A stretch of DNA of 64,000 bases, taken from assembly GCA_965237415.1 (NCBI GenBank), contig CBDEFM010000002.1, forward strand, positions 1,600,001 to 1,664,000, read 5' to 3'. How positions within the stretch are numbered: position 1 is the stretch's first letter; every line of letters begins with the position of its first letter. The position numbers and the translations under genes are program-made. Positions 53,696 to 63,821 of the stretch are shown piece by piece. The DNA is from Alphaproteobacteria bacterium. GTDB lineage: Bacteria > Pseudomonadota > Alphaproteobacteria > UBA828. The notes below the pieces were generated by a model. The model saw nothing but the letters and a program-made list of their open reading frames with translations, was not told the origin of the DNA and did no database searches.

Positions 53696-54100
53696 CCACG
53701 CGCGCAGAGGCGCCCGGCTTGGCTGGCCGGTTCGGACAAGAACGGCCCCGGACGCCCGGGCCTCACCCGACACCCTGTCAATCGGCTTTCGATATTGCCC
53801 CCCTTCTCTAATCGGGTTGGCTAAACCGAGCTCTCCTCCGGTCCCACCGACCTGGAGCGGGCCCCTGGGGGGTGGACGGTTTCAGGCGTCTGACTCGGTA
53901 TATCAAGTACGAATGCGTTGACTACGGTACGGCTCGCCGGCGCCCAATTTACGAAGATGGGGAGAATGTTCTCGACTGCGTCGTCACGGTTGCACTGGAC
54001 ACGAGACCAAACATGAACCAACGTGGAAACTGGGCTAGTAGTTGGTCGATATAGAGTGGCCACGGTAGCTGATGAATCGACCACACAGGGAGATAGACAC

Positions 54101-55750
54101 ATGACGATAAGACGAAAGTGCAACGCGGCCATGGCCGCAGTTGCCGCTGTGATATTCGGTTTGGGAGCGTGGGGCGGAGCGCCGGACGAAGCCCGAGCGG
54201 CGAAGGATACCCTCGTTATCGCTATTCCGGGTTTACCGCAGGGTGTAGATCTGGACAGGCATATCGGCCCGCAGACTTGGACGATGGGCGCGCAGCTCTT
54301 CGCCCTCGGAATGGAGTGGGAGTACGGACCGTATCCCTACAGCACGGGCGCCTATTTCGATCCGGACAAGATACCGGGGTTCGCCTACCCGATTGGCTAT
54401 ACGAACCGGAACATGCAACCCGGTATCATGAATGCTTGTGATACTTCGGAGGATGGAAAGACTGTCACCTATCACATTCGCCCGGGCGTCGTGTCTGTTT
54501 GGGGAAATGAGTTCACTGCCGATGACGTGATGTGGCGGATCGAACGGGAACGTGCGGTGCCTGTGATCTATGCGCTCATCAGCAGGCTCTTCAACATGCA
54601 CGAGGCGAGCTACGAAAAAATCGACAAGTATACCGTCAAGATCACCAACGAGACGGCAATGCCATTGGCCTGCCCGGGCCTGACCAATTTCTATCAGACT
54701 TGGCACGATTCGACCGAAGTTATGAAGCACGCCACCGAGGAAGATCCCCTTGCCAGCGGGTGGACAGCGACCAACGGCGGCGGCTTTGGTGCCTATCGCG
54801 TGACGGCGTGGGAAGCGGGCAAGCGGGTGGTGATGGAAGCAAATCCGAACTTCTGGCGCGGCGAGCCCAAGATCAAGCGCATCATCTATCTGGCCGTGCC
54901 GGAATCCACGGGGCGCCTGACACTTCTCAAAGCCGGCAAGGTGGACATGGCCGAAGGCTTGTCACCCGACGAGGTCATGTCGCTTCAGGGCGAAGATGCT
55001 GCTCAGGGCGTCGCGGTGCGCGGCAATAGGCAAATGTGGCTCATCCTCAACAATTTGACGAAGCCGTTCGACGATGTGCGGGTGCGTCAGGCGATTAACT
55101 ATGCGATGCCCCGGGAGGACATCGTCAACAGCGTCTATCGCGGCATGGGGGCGCCGTGGCATGGCGTCATCTCGAGTGTAACGCCGGGATACGAGAACCT
55201 GAAACCCTACACGTTCGATCTCGAGAAAGCGCGCCAGCTCATTTCCGACGCCGGCTATGGCGACGGTTTCGAAGCCGAACTTGCATATAGTGCCGGCGAG
55301 CCGGAAATGGAGAATCTCGCCATTATTCTGCAAACCTCGATGGCAAAAATCGGCGGCAAATTGGAGTTGAAGCGGCTACCCGTCGCTGCGCATTCGGACT
55401 TGGTGCAAACCCGAAAGGCGCAAATGGCGTTCTGGATCGACAGCCCGATCCAGCCGGACGTCAACTACGTGGTCAACCTCGTTTACACCTCGGGCCCTTT
55501 GTCGCTGGTCAACTACTCCAATTTTGAGGACCCCATGGTTGACGAGCTTATCGAAACCGGCGCAGGCATTGTAGACGCCGAGCAGCGCCTTGAGCACCAC
55601 AAAGGTGTCCAGCAGCGAATACAAGAACAATCCGCATTCGGCTGGACAGTGGAGCCGTATTTCCGTATCGGGCTTTCCAGCAATCTAAAGGGCTGGCGCT
55701 GGTATACGGCGCAATACTACAAGCTTCACGAAGTGGAATTCGTGGAATAG
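54101..55750 (+). CDS. Family 5 (DppA/OppA-like) substrate-binding protein, orphan
   Basis: Signal peptide; SEDGKTVTY.IRPGV, ANPNFW and PFDDVRVRQAINYA motifs. Confidence 0.9.
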   Translation: MTIRRKCNAAMAAVAAVIFGLGAWGGAPDEARAAKDTLVIAIPGLPQGVDLDRHIGPQTWTMGAQLFALGMEWEYGPYPYSTGAYFDPDKIPGFAYPIGYTNRNMQPGIMNACDTSEDGKTVTYHIRPGVVSVWGNEFTADDVMWRIERERAVPVIYALISRLFNMHEASYEKIDKYTVKITNETAMPLACPGLTNFYQTWHDSTEVMKHATEEDPLASGWTATNGGGFGAYRVTAWEAGKRVVMEANPNFWRGEPKIKRIIYLAVPESTGRLTLLKAGKVDMAEGLSPDEVMSLQGEDAAQGVAVRGNRQMWLILNNLTKPFDDVRVRQAINYAMPREDIVNSVYRGMGAPWHGVISSVTPGYENLKPYTFDLEKARQLISDAGYGDGFEAELAYSAGEPEMENLAIILQTSMAKIGGKLELKRLPVAAHSDLVQTRKAQMAFWIDSPIQPDVNYVVNLVYTSGPLSLVNYSNFEDPMVDELIETGAGIVDAEQRLEHHKGVQQRIQEQSAFGWTVEPYFRIGLSSNLKGWRWYTAQYYKLHEVEFVE

Positions 55751-55963
55751 CCCAAGCAGGAAAACGATACGAGTGACGGCTCGTGGCAGCCTCGTTCGTA
55801 TGACCGGCATGGCTGCACGGGCGGCCATGGGTGAGACGAATATCGAGGGGGCCCGAAGAGGCACGAGAATGGAGGGTGGGCATGAACGTGCCCACCCTCG
55901 GCTCCTGGTTCGCGGCCGGTGCACCTGCGAAGCGTAAGCTCCGCTGCCGCGAGCGACTAAGAG

Positions 55964-57151
55964 CTATCCCCAGAGCCGCTCGGTTGCGAGCGCGGCGCCG
56001 TCTGCGAGCATGCGGAGCTTCGCCCACACCACGTCCTCGGCAACGAACTGGTAGCCGGCGAAGGTGCTGAATCCGCAGTCCGTGCCGGCGATCACGCGCC
56101 GCTTGTCGCCCATCACCTCGGCATAGAGGCAGATGCGGTCAGCGACCACCTCGGGGTGCTCCAGATAGTTGGTGGTCACGTCGATCACGCCCGGGATCAG
56201 GACCATGGGCTCTGGCGGCGGGTTCGCCTTGATCGCCTTCCACTCGTGCTGGTGGCGCGGGTTGGCACAGGCGATGCTGAGCGCGCCGACCTTGGCCTCG
56301 TAGATCAGCGGCAGCAACGGCGCCAAGTCGCAGTCGTCGATATGGGGGCCGTCCCAATTGCCGAAGCAGACGTGGAGCCGCACCTTCTCCGCCGGGATGT
56401 CGGCAAGGGCCACGTTGAGCGCCCGGATGTGGAGCGCGACCCGCTCCAGGAAGTCGTCGAACGGCCGGTCCTGGAACATGAACTGGCGCTCCATGGCGAG
56501 GTCGGGAGCGTCGATCTGTAGCAGATGGCCTGAGGCGACAATGCGGTCGTACTCCTTCTTGAGCTCGTGCCCGAGCGCCATGACGTAATCCTCGTCGCGC
56601 GGATAGTCGGGATTGTCGTCGGCGCGCAACATGGTCGTGGAGACGATGCCGGGCGAGGCGGCGGTCATGAAGGTCTCCGCGAAGCCGCTGCCTGCGCGTT
56701 CGAGCGAGGCTGCGAACTGTGCGATCTCGAAGCTCAGGTCCGCCAGGTCGGGTTCGTAGACGACGGCGGTCTCGGCTTGTGGGGCGTTGAAGACCTTCGG
56801 CCGGTCCTTGTCCCCGCTCCAGCTTCGCTCCGTGAACATCGCCGCGTAGCCCGGAAACTTGACCATGTCGGTGAGCATCTTGCGCTGGGATTCGCCGCCG
56901 AAGCCGGACATGCGCTGCGGCACGTAGGTCTGGAAGCCGACGCGGGATTCCTCGCCGTCATTGCCGATGTCGACGCCGCTCTCGATCTGTTTGTCGACGA
57001 CCCAGTTGATCGCCGCTGCGACCTCGCGTTCGAACGCGGCCTGATCGATCGTCCGTCCGTGCTCGCGTTGGATCAGCAGTTCCTCGAGCGCCGGCGGCCG
57101 CGGCAGACTGCCGACGTGGGTTGTCAGCACCCGGTCTTCGCTGGTCAACAT
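55964..57151 (-). CDS. Cobalamin-independent methionine synthase II-family protein (catalytic domain only)
   Basis: TTHVGSLPRP, DGE, QIDAPD, HVC.GN and TDCGF (Zn ligands) motifs. Confidence 0.88.
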   Translation of the reverse strand: MLTSEDRVLTTHVGSLPRPPALEELLIQREHGRTIDQAAFEREVAAAINWVVDKQIESGVDIGNDGEESRVGFQTYVPQRMSGFGGESQRKMLTDMVKFPGYAAMFTERSWSGDKDRPKVFNAPQAETAVVYEPDLADLSFEIAQFAASLERAGSGFAETFMTAASPGIVSTTMLRADDNPDYPRDEDYVMALGHELKKEYDRIVASGHLLQIDAPDLAMERQFMFQDRPFDDFLERVALHIRALNVALADIPAEKVRLHVCFGNWDGPHIDDCDLAPLLPLIYEAKVGALSIACANPRHQHEWKAIKANPPPEPMVLIPGVIDVTTNYLEHPEVVADRICLYAEVMGDKRRVIAGTDCGFSTFAGYQFVAEDVVWAKLRMLADGAALATERLWG

Positions 57152-57859
57152 GGGGGCGGCCTCCCGATATTTCCGTGTCGTCGGATGAGTGTCGCGTGCG
57201 GTTCGCGGAGACGCAACCAGTGCATTCTGCCCACGTGGCCGCGCGCGCTCTCTCTCAAGAGAACCCCTTCAGGGGTGCGCGCGGAGGTTGCGTTGCCCCG
57301 CGCGCGGGGCCCGTCCGTAAACTACGCAGACAAGCTACCGCCGAAGCCCGTGGTACATTTTTGCGCCGCCTCGCCGGCGGATGCGGCCTATCCTTGCAGG
57401 TCGAGCCGCGCGTGGATCTCAACACCTTGGTGCCGCGCTCAAATATCGACGACGAATGCGTCGCGGCCATCACCGGACAACGGAACGGTCATTCCCATAC
57501 CGGCCCAACCGAACCGTTACGGGATTAATTTGACAAGGACGCGCAGGCATTTGATTGAATCCTCTTGCGCTTTGATTACAGGGCTGTGACATGACAATTT
57601 GCGGGATTGGGACAAAAGAGAAATATGGCGCCAGAACAGCGAGTTATAAGTCGTCTAGGGTTGGACTACTGGGTGCGGTGTTAGAACTGGTGAGAATTCC
57701 GGGCTAAGTGGGATTCTGCGCAGCAGGTGGCCGTGTTGCGGCACGCGACCGTGATGAAATTCGCGCGCTATTCCGCCCGCCGTGGCTCGCATGCTCTCGC
57801 TCTGCATGGCGCGACGATGGCGCGGGTGCCGCACGCCGCCCACCGCACCATGGTCCGGG

Positions 57860-58687
57860 CTAAGACCGCAGAAAAGCCGTCACGGTCTCGACGAATTTTT
57901 GGGGGTGCTCCACCTCGGGCAGGTGGCCGCAGTCCTCGAACACGCTGAGCGCCGCGCCGGGAACGCGCCCATAATTCTTCTCGATCACCTCGATCGGGGC
58001 GCGGATGTCCTGCCGGCCGCTGAGGAAGAGCGTCGGCACGTCGATGGTCTCGGGCCGCATGCGCACCGCCTCGTCGTCCACATGGTCGATCATGCTCTGG
58101 CCGTAGGCGAGGTAGGAGGAAAGCCGGTCGGGCTGGGCGTAGACCGTGACCTGCATCAGCGCAATATCGGCGGGCGAGCGCGCCGGGTCGTGGCAGATTC
58201 GGCCCATGCGGTCGATGCAGGATTGCCAGGTCACGTCCGTCATCGCCGTGGTGCCGTTCGCCATGGTCGCCCGGATCGTCTCCGGTGGCAGCTTGCCGGA
58301 ATCGGAGACCGGCGTGTGCAGGCCGTCGATGATCAGCGCCGAGATGCGCTCGGGCCGCGCGGCATAGAGCAGCGGCGCCAGCAGGCCGCCGAGCGAGCTG
58401 CCGAGCACGCCGCAGCGCTCGATCCCCACCGCGTCCATGAAGCCTTCGAGGTGGCGTGTCATCACAAGCGGCGCGGCGTCCGCGCCCGGGTCCTTGAAGT
58501 CGGTGAAGCCGTGGCCGAGGATGTCCGGCGCGTACACTGAGAAGTGCGCCGCCAGCGGGTCGAGCACATGCGCCCAGATGTCGGCGCTCAGCCCGAAGCC
58601 GTGGATGAGCAGAAGGGTCTCGCCCTTATCGCCTTCATAAAGATACCTCGTGCGGGTACCGTCGATATCGATGAACGCTGCGCGCAA
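57860..58687 (-). CDS. Alpha/beta hydrolase
   Basis: LIHGFG, GSSLGG nucleophile motif and CGHLP. Confidence 0.88.
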   Translation of the reverse strand: MRAAFIDIDGTRTRYLYEGDKGETLLLIHGFGLSADIWAHVLDPLAAHFSVYAPDILGHGFTDFKDPGADAAPLVMTRHLEGFMDAVGIERCGVLGSSLGGLLAPLLYAARPERISALIIDGLHTPVSDSGKLPPETIRATMANGTTAMTDVTWQSCIDRMGRICHDPARSPADIALMQVTVYAQPDRLSSYLAYGQSMIDHVDDEAVRMRPETIDVPTLFLSGRQDIRAPIEVIEKNYGRVPGAALSVFEDCGHLPEVEHPQKFVETVTAFLRS

Positions 58688-58755
58688 TGTCTGCTCCCTT
58701 GGCTGGCGGCCGAGGGTAGCATGGGGCGCCGCTCTCGACGGAACAGGAGAACGAC

Positions 58756-59619
58756 ATGGAGCGCATTCCGGTACAGGTGGACGGCCACAGCGTCACCGCC
58801 TTCAGCAAGGGCACGGGCGACGACGTGATTCTGGTGGTCCACGGCGGGCCGGGCGTGCCATCGAATTACGTGCGCGACGCCCATCTCTGCTACGCCGACC
58901 AGGGGTTCCGGGTGGTCTCGTGGGATCAGCTCGGCTGCGGCGAGTCCGACCGGCCGGACGACGATTCGCTCTGGACCGTCGAGCGCTACGTGGACGAGAT
59001 GGAGACGGTGCGCAGCACGCTCGGCCTCGGCCGCGTCGCCGTGGTCGGCAACTCATGGGGCGGGATGCTCGGCCTCGAATACTGCCTCGCCTACCCCGAC
59101 AACGTGAAATGCTTCGTCTCCAGCAGCATCGCCTACGACTTCCGCGAGGTTCAGCAGGGCTTCGTCCGCTGCAAGCAGAACCTCGGCGACGAGACGGTGA
59201 GGATGATGGCGCGCCGCGAATCCGAAGGCACCACCGAACACCCGGAGTACCAGGCGGCCCAGACGATCCTGCTCCACCGGCACATGTGCCGGATGGAGAC
59301 CTGGCCCGAGCCGGTTCAAAAATCCCTCGACGATGTCGGGCTCGGCCCACTCCAGCGCATGTTCGGGCCGCACCTCTTCAACTGCACCGGCACGCTCCGC
59401 TGGTACGACCGTGTGGGCGACCTGCATCGGGTGACGACGCCGGTGCTGGTCGTAGCCAGCGAGCACGACTACGTCCTGCCGGAGCTCTGCGCCGTCTCCT
59501 GCCAGTACCTCCCGAACTCGGAGTACGCGTTCTTCCCCGGCTGCGCCCACATGCCGTTCTGGGAAAACCCGGAGGGCTACCACGCCGCCGTCGGCCCCTT
59601 CCTCGACAAGTACCGGTAG
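58756..59619 (+). CDS. Proline iminopeptidase-family hydrolase
   Basis: HGGPG, DQLGCG.S, GNSWGGML and AHMPFWE motifs. Confidence 0.88.
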   Translation: MERIPVQVDGHSVTAFSKGTGDDVILVVHGGPGVPSNYVRDAHLCYADQGFRVVSWDQLGCGESDRPDDDSLWTVERYVDEMETVRSTLGLGRVAVVGNSWGGMLGLEYCLAYPDNVKCFVSSSIAYDFREVQQGFVRCKQNLGDETVRMMARRESEGTTEHPEYQAAQTILLHRHMCRMETWPEPVQKSLDDVGLGPLQRMFGPHLFNCTGTLRWYDRVGDLHRVTTPVLVVASEHDYVLPELCAVSCQYLPNSEYAFFPGCAHMPFWENPEGYHAAVGPFLDKYR

Positions 59620-59720
59620 GCTCCGCTCTTGATGGGTGGGAAATAACGGCGCAGGCCACGAGCGACGACGGTATCCGAAGCCACCGCCTGTGTAACGAGT
59701 CACGGCACTGCGTCCGCCTC

Positions 59721-60833
59721 TCAGAACAGGGCTGGTCGAAATCTGAGTCTCAACGGTCCATCCGGGTATGTTCCACGTCTTCGTCGGGCCGGAGGATCGA
59801 TTACTTCGATTGTCGGAGGCTCGGCGAGTTCAAGTTTTTTCAGGACGCGCTTATAGTGTGTCTCCCGAAACGCCGTTTCTGCCACCACGAAGTGCTCAAT
59901 CTCTTCAACCGAAGCGTCGCGTCCTCCAAAATGCGCGAGCAACTGCCGTTCCAGCAGGTCGAATCGAGGCTCGTTTCCGAATAGCACTGCTTGGTTGGGG
60001 TCAGTGGCGTCCGAAAAACTGAACTCGCCCCCCTGATCGACCCTCCACATGGCATCCTTCATTCTACTGAGACCGAGGATGCTGTTGGTCGCATAAAACA
60101 GGTAATAGTCTACTCTATCTCTATTGTTTCTCATCTCGAACGAACGCACATACTTGGCGCCCACGCCATCTCGCAATTGCCGATAATATAGGTCGTGAAG
60201 GAAACGTTTACGGATTCGCGGCTCGGCAAGTCGGCGCCCTTCCCGCCGCTCCTGCGTGCCGAAAAATGCGTCGAAATGCTTTTCCTGATCGGGGAGGTTG
60301 AGGAAACGGTTGATCTCTTCGTACATGAAGTTGACCAGGACTTCACAACTCGGGTGTCTCAAAATTTCACGAACAATTAATAATTGAACGTCACTCCACC
60401 CGAAAGGGTCGATGAATGCGAAAGTTGGTGGCAGAGGGAGACCCGCATTCTTGTAAGAATCCAAAACTTTGCCGAACGCTGTCTCGAAGCTCTCGTCGCC
60501 ATACAATTCTAGTTGAAAATTATCGGGCAGGCCTAAGCTGGCGATAATCTCGCTGAGCACGTCGGCGCGATCTTTTCTCTCCTCGACGAATACGAATCGA
60601 ATCCTCGCCCTGACGTGAGCTGGTTGATGAAGTGCTATGCGAAGCGCGATTATCGGAGAGCCGTCCTCCCCTTTCGAATACCGCCCTGGTCCAGCGAATC
60701 CGTCCACGTACATAACCTCGGGAAAGCCCCGCGCCATGATTGGCGTCCAGGCCTGAAGATATCGTCGCAAAATCTCGTGCTTTGCCCGCGTGTGCGGGTC
60801 GAGATCCCAAACGGTCTCTTTGGGCGCCGCCAT
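59721..60833 (-). CDS. tcmP: Three-Cys-motif partner protein (methyltransferase-like fold)
   Basis: HTRAKH.IL..YL, YVDGFAGPG.Y...GSP, FAFIDPFG and YYL.YAT motifs; adjacent to DUF5131. Confidence 0.85.
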   Translation of the reverse strand: MAAPKETVWDLDPHTRAKHEILRRYLQAWTPIMARGFPEVMYVDGFAGPGRYSKGEDGSPIIALRIALHQPAHVRARIRFVFVEERKDRADVLSEIIASLGLPDNFQLELYGDESFETAFGKVLDSYKNAGLPLPPTFAFIDPFGWSDVQLLIVREILRHPSCEVLVNFMYEEINRFLNLPDQEKHFDAFFGTQERREGRRLAEPRIRKRFLHDLYYRQLRDGVGAKYVRSFEMRNNRDRVDYYLFYATNSILGLSRMKDAMWRVDQGGEFSFSDATDPNQAVLFGNEPRFDLLERQLLAHFGGRDASVEEIEHFVVAETAFRETHYKRVLKKLELAEPPTIEVIDPPARRRRGTYPDGPLRLRFRPALF

Positions 60834-60868
60834 TGCAAATGCTTTACTTGTTGCTCCGACGCCGCTTT

Positions 60869-61636
60869 CTAGACCGCCACCATCCCGCGAGGCCGTTCAG
60901 GGGTCGCAGCAATCGGCACGCTCGGCCACTGGTTCCACTCCCGACCGTCCAGTGATCGGCCGCCGGCCTTGGGAGTACGGCCGCCCCATTGCTTGAAGAA
61001 GAACGGGACCCTGTGAGCTACGCAATGATTCCTGATTTGGCGGACCCAGTCTGGATGCATTGGCCGCGCTCCTGGGCCGCTCTCGCCGCCCACGATGGTC
61101 CAATGGATGCCGTTGAGATCGAGTTGATCGACCGGCCCGATAAGGGGCTCCAACGACAGGAAGCGCACCCGCGCTGCCGTGTCTCCCAGGTGCCGGACTC
61201 TCGACAACTTGGTGCCATCCTCAACCGAGACCCCCATCCATATATGGGCCGGCGCAGGTCGATCGGCGTAGCGGGCGTTGACATACGCGCGTAGGCGAGA
61301 ACTGCGCTTGGTGAGAACCTGAAACACGTGCCAGTCGGCGCTCTCCATGGTTTCGAACACGGCATCGACGAACGCGCGTGGCACGGCCTTGTGAAACAGA
61401 TCGCTCATCGAATTGACGAAGATCATTCGCGGCCGACGCCAAGCCATCGGCTGGCTCAACCGCTTCGGCCGCAGCGTGAGATCGAAGCCTCGCTCGAACG
61501 GGTGGTCTTTCACTCCGCGAAAACGCTCGGCGAACCGTTCGGCATAGCAGCGGTCGCAACCGGCGCTGATCTTGGTGCACCCCGTCACTGGGTTCCAGGT
61601 CGCGTCGGTCCACTCGATTGCCGTGCTATCGGCCAT
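60869..61636 (-). CDS. DUF5131 (phage Gp37/Gp68-like, radical-SAM-like) protein
   Basis: IEWTDATWNPVTGCTKISAGCDRCYAE, FVNSMSDLFH, VGGESG and FFFKQWGG motifs. Confidence 0.92.
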   Translation of the reverse strand: MADSTAIEWTDATWNPVTGCTKISAGCDRCYAERFAERFRGVKDHPFERGFDLTLRPKRLSQPMAWRRPRMIFVNSMSDLFHKAVPRAFVDAVFETMESADWHVFQVLTKRSSRLRAYVNARYADRPAPAHIWMGVSVEDGTKLSRVRHLGDTAARVRFLSLEPLIGPVDQLDLNGIHWTIVGGESGPGARPMHPDWVRQIRNHCVAHRVPFFFKQWGGRTPKAGGRSLDGREWNQWPSVPIAATPERPRGMVAV

Positions 61637-61709
61637 GACTCTATCCTAGAACATAACAAGAACAACAGCAACTGCTACCGCGACAAGCTCGTTCGCTAGG
61701 CCGCCTACC

Positions 61710-62882
61710 TCAGTACCCGCGTGCCATGCCGAGGTCGTGCACGGCGATGTAGTTGAGGATCATCTCCTCCGAGACCGGCGCGAAGCGGAAGAGGCGCGCG
61801 TCGCGCCAGAGCCGCTCCAGGTGCGTCTCCTTGGCATAGCCCATGCCGCCCATGGTCTGCATCGCGCGCTCGATGCCCTCGGCGGCGGCTTGCGCGGCGA
61901 TGAGCTTGGCCATGTTGGCTTGCGAGCCGTAAGGCATGCCCGCATCGTGCAGGGCGGCCGCCTTGTGGTTCATCACCGCAGCGCACTCGATCTCCGCCTT
62001 CGCCTGGGCCAGCGGAAACTGCAGGCCCTGATAGGAGGAGATCGGCCGCTCGCCGAAGATGCGGCGATCGTTGGCGTAGTCGATCGCGAGGCCTAACGCG
62101 AGCCGCACCGTGCCGACGAGGCCAGCGGTGGTGACGATGCGCTCGGTGTTGAGCACGTCCAGCAGCGCCGCCCAGCCGCCGTGCAGCGTGCCGACCAGCT
62201 CGTCGCCCGCGACCGGCGTGTCCTCGAAATAGACGTTGCTCGCCGGCACGCAATGGGTGCCCGCCTTCTCGATGGTGGAGTGCGTCAGCCCTTCGCGCTC
62301 GACATCGATGAGGAAGAGCGAGATGCCGTCGGTGCGGCGCTGCGAGTCCTCGACCTTCTTGGTGCGGGCGACGACCAGCATCTTGTCCGCCGTCGGCACC
62401 GCCGAGATCCAGATCTTCCGCCCGTTGAGCCGCCAGCCGTTGCCGTGAGCCGCGGCGAAGGTGCGAAGCGCCAGGCTGTTGGTGCCGGCGTCGGGCTCGG
62501 TGAGCGCCATGCAGCACTCGATGTCGCCCGCGATGAGTGGCGGCAGCAGGTCGCGGCGCATGGCCTCCGAGCCGTAGCGCGCAATGGCAACGCCGCCGAA
62601 GATCGGGTTCACCATGAAGATCTGGGCGAGGGTCGCGCCCGCGCCGGATTCGCAGAGCGCCTCGATCACCAGCGCCTGATCGAGCATGCCGAGCCCGGCG
62701 CCGCCGTACTCCTCGGGCAGCGCGATGCCGCCGAAGCCCGCGTCGCAGATCGCCTGCCACATCTCGCTCGGGTAGGCGCCCCGCTCATCCAGCGCGCGCC
62801 AATAATCAAGGCCGTACGCGGCACCGATGCGCCGCGCCGTCTCGAGCATCAGCGCCTGTTCTTCGGTGAGCTGGACCTCCAC
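61710..62882 (-). CDS. Acyl-CoA dehydrogenase
   Basis: PEEYGGAG, ALTEPDAGT, LNGRKIWIS and GGMGY...ERLWRDAR motifs. Confidence 0.92.
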   Translation of the reverse strand: MEVQLTEEQALMLETARRIGAAYGLDYWRALDERGAYPSEMWQAICDAGFGGIALPEEYGGAGLGMLDQALVIEALCESGAGATLAQIFMVNPIFGGVAIARYGSEAMRRDLLPPLIAGDIECCMALTEPDAGTNSLALRTFAAAHGNGWRLNGRKIWISAVPTADKMLVVARTKKVEDSQRRTDGISLFLIDVEREGLTHSTIEKAGTHCVPASNVYFEDTPVAGDELVGTLHGGWAALLDVLNTERIVTTAGLVGTVRLALGLAIDYANDRRIFGERPISSYQGLQFPLAQAKAEIECAAVMNHKAAALHDAGMPYGSQANMAKLIAAQAAAEGIERAMQTMGGMGYAKETHLERLWRDARLFRFAPVSEEMILNYIAVHDLGMARGY

Positions 62883-62885
62883 GGC

Positions 62886-63668
62886 TCAGGCGCCCTTGAA
62901 CCGGGCCTCGCGCTTCTCGAGGAACGCGCGGCAGCCCTCGTGCGCGTCCTCGCTGTCGAGCACCAGCGAGATCATGGCCTGCTCGTGGGCGAGCGCCGCC
63001 GGCAGCGGCATGTCGGCGCCGGCGTCGATGGTGCGCTTGAGATAGCGGAGCGCGAGCGGCGACTTGCTCGCGATCGTCTCGGCAAGGGCCAGCGCCTCGT
63101 CCATCAACGCCTCGGGCGCGACGACGCGGTTGGCGAGGCCGAGCGCCACCGCCTCCTCCGCCCCGATCGGCACACCGGTGAACATCAGCTCCTTGGCCCG
63201 GCAGAGAGGAATCTGGCGGATCAGGCGTTGCGTGCCGCCGGCACCGGGGAAGAGCCCGAGATTGATCTCGGGCACGCCGATCTTCGCCTTCGCCGAGAGC
63301 AGCCTGATGTCGGTGGACAGCATCAGCTCCGCACCGCCGCCGAGGGCGAAGCCGTTGACGGCAGCGATGGTCGGCTTGTCCAGGGTCTCGATCCGACGGA
63401 ACAGCCGGTGAATGTGCTCGGCGAACTCCTCGTAATGGGCAAGGCCCTGGCGCGAGTCGAGATCGGCGATATCGCCGCCGGCGACGAACGCGCGGCCCGC
63501 GCCGGTGAACAGCACGACCCGCACTGCCGGATCGCCTTCCACCTGGCTCACGGCGTCGTCGAGGGCTAGGCAGGTCGGCAGGTCGAGCGCGTTCAGCCGC
63601 TCCGGCCGATTGATCGTGATGACCCCTGCCCGGCCCGCGGTCTCGACCAGCACGGCGCTCTCGCTCAT
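62886..63668 (-). CDS. Enoyl-CoA hydratase/isomerase
   Basis: NRPERLNAL, AAVNGFALGGGAE and PEINLG..PGAGGTQRL motifs. Confidence 0.92.
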   Translation of the reverse strand: MSESAVLVETAGRAGVITINRPERLNALDLPTCLALDDAVSQVEGDPAVRVVLFTGAGRAFVAGGDIADLDSRQGLAHYEEFAEHIHRLFRRIETLDKPTIAAVNGFALGGGAELMLSTDIRLLSAKAKIGVPEINLGLFPGAGGTQRLIRQIPLCRAKELMFTGVPIGAEEAVALGLANRVVAPEALMDEALALAETIASKSPLALRYLKRTIDAGADMPLPAALAHEQAMISLVLDSEDAHEGCRAFLEKREARFKGA

Positions 63669-63689
63669 GCCCTTCTCCTTGCTCTTTGC

Positions 63690-63807
63690 ATATCCCTCAG
63701 GCGCCGGGCGCTCGCTCCGCTCGATCGTGCGCCCCGCGCGCGTGGACGCGCGACGCTACGCGCCAACGAAGCGCGGCGCAGTCGCGCCGTCCGGGCCTCC
63801 GGCCCGG
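63690..63807 (+). repeat. GC-rich palindromic intergenic repeat, copy 3
   Basis: Same termini as copies 1 and 2; lies between co-directional genes. Confidence 0.8.
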
Positions 63808-63821
63808 TTCCTCCCGGTGCG

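Noticed and set aside
57152-57360. Possible SAM or cobalamin riboswitch before the MetE-like gene
   Set aside because: Hairpins are present but I could not match any riboswitch consensus by eye; an Rfam scan is needed.
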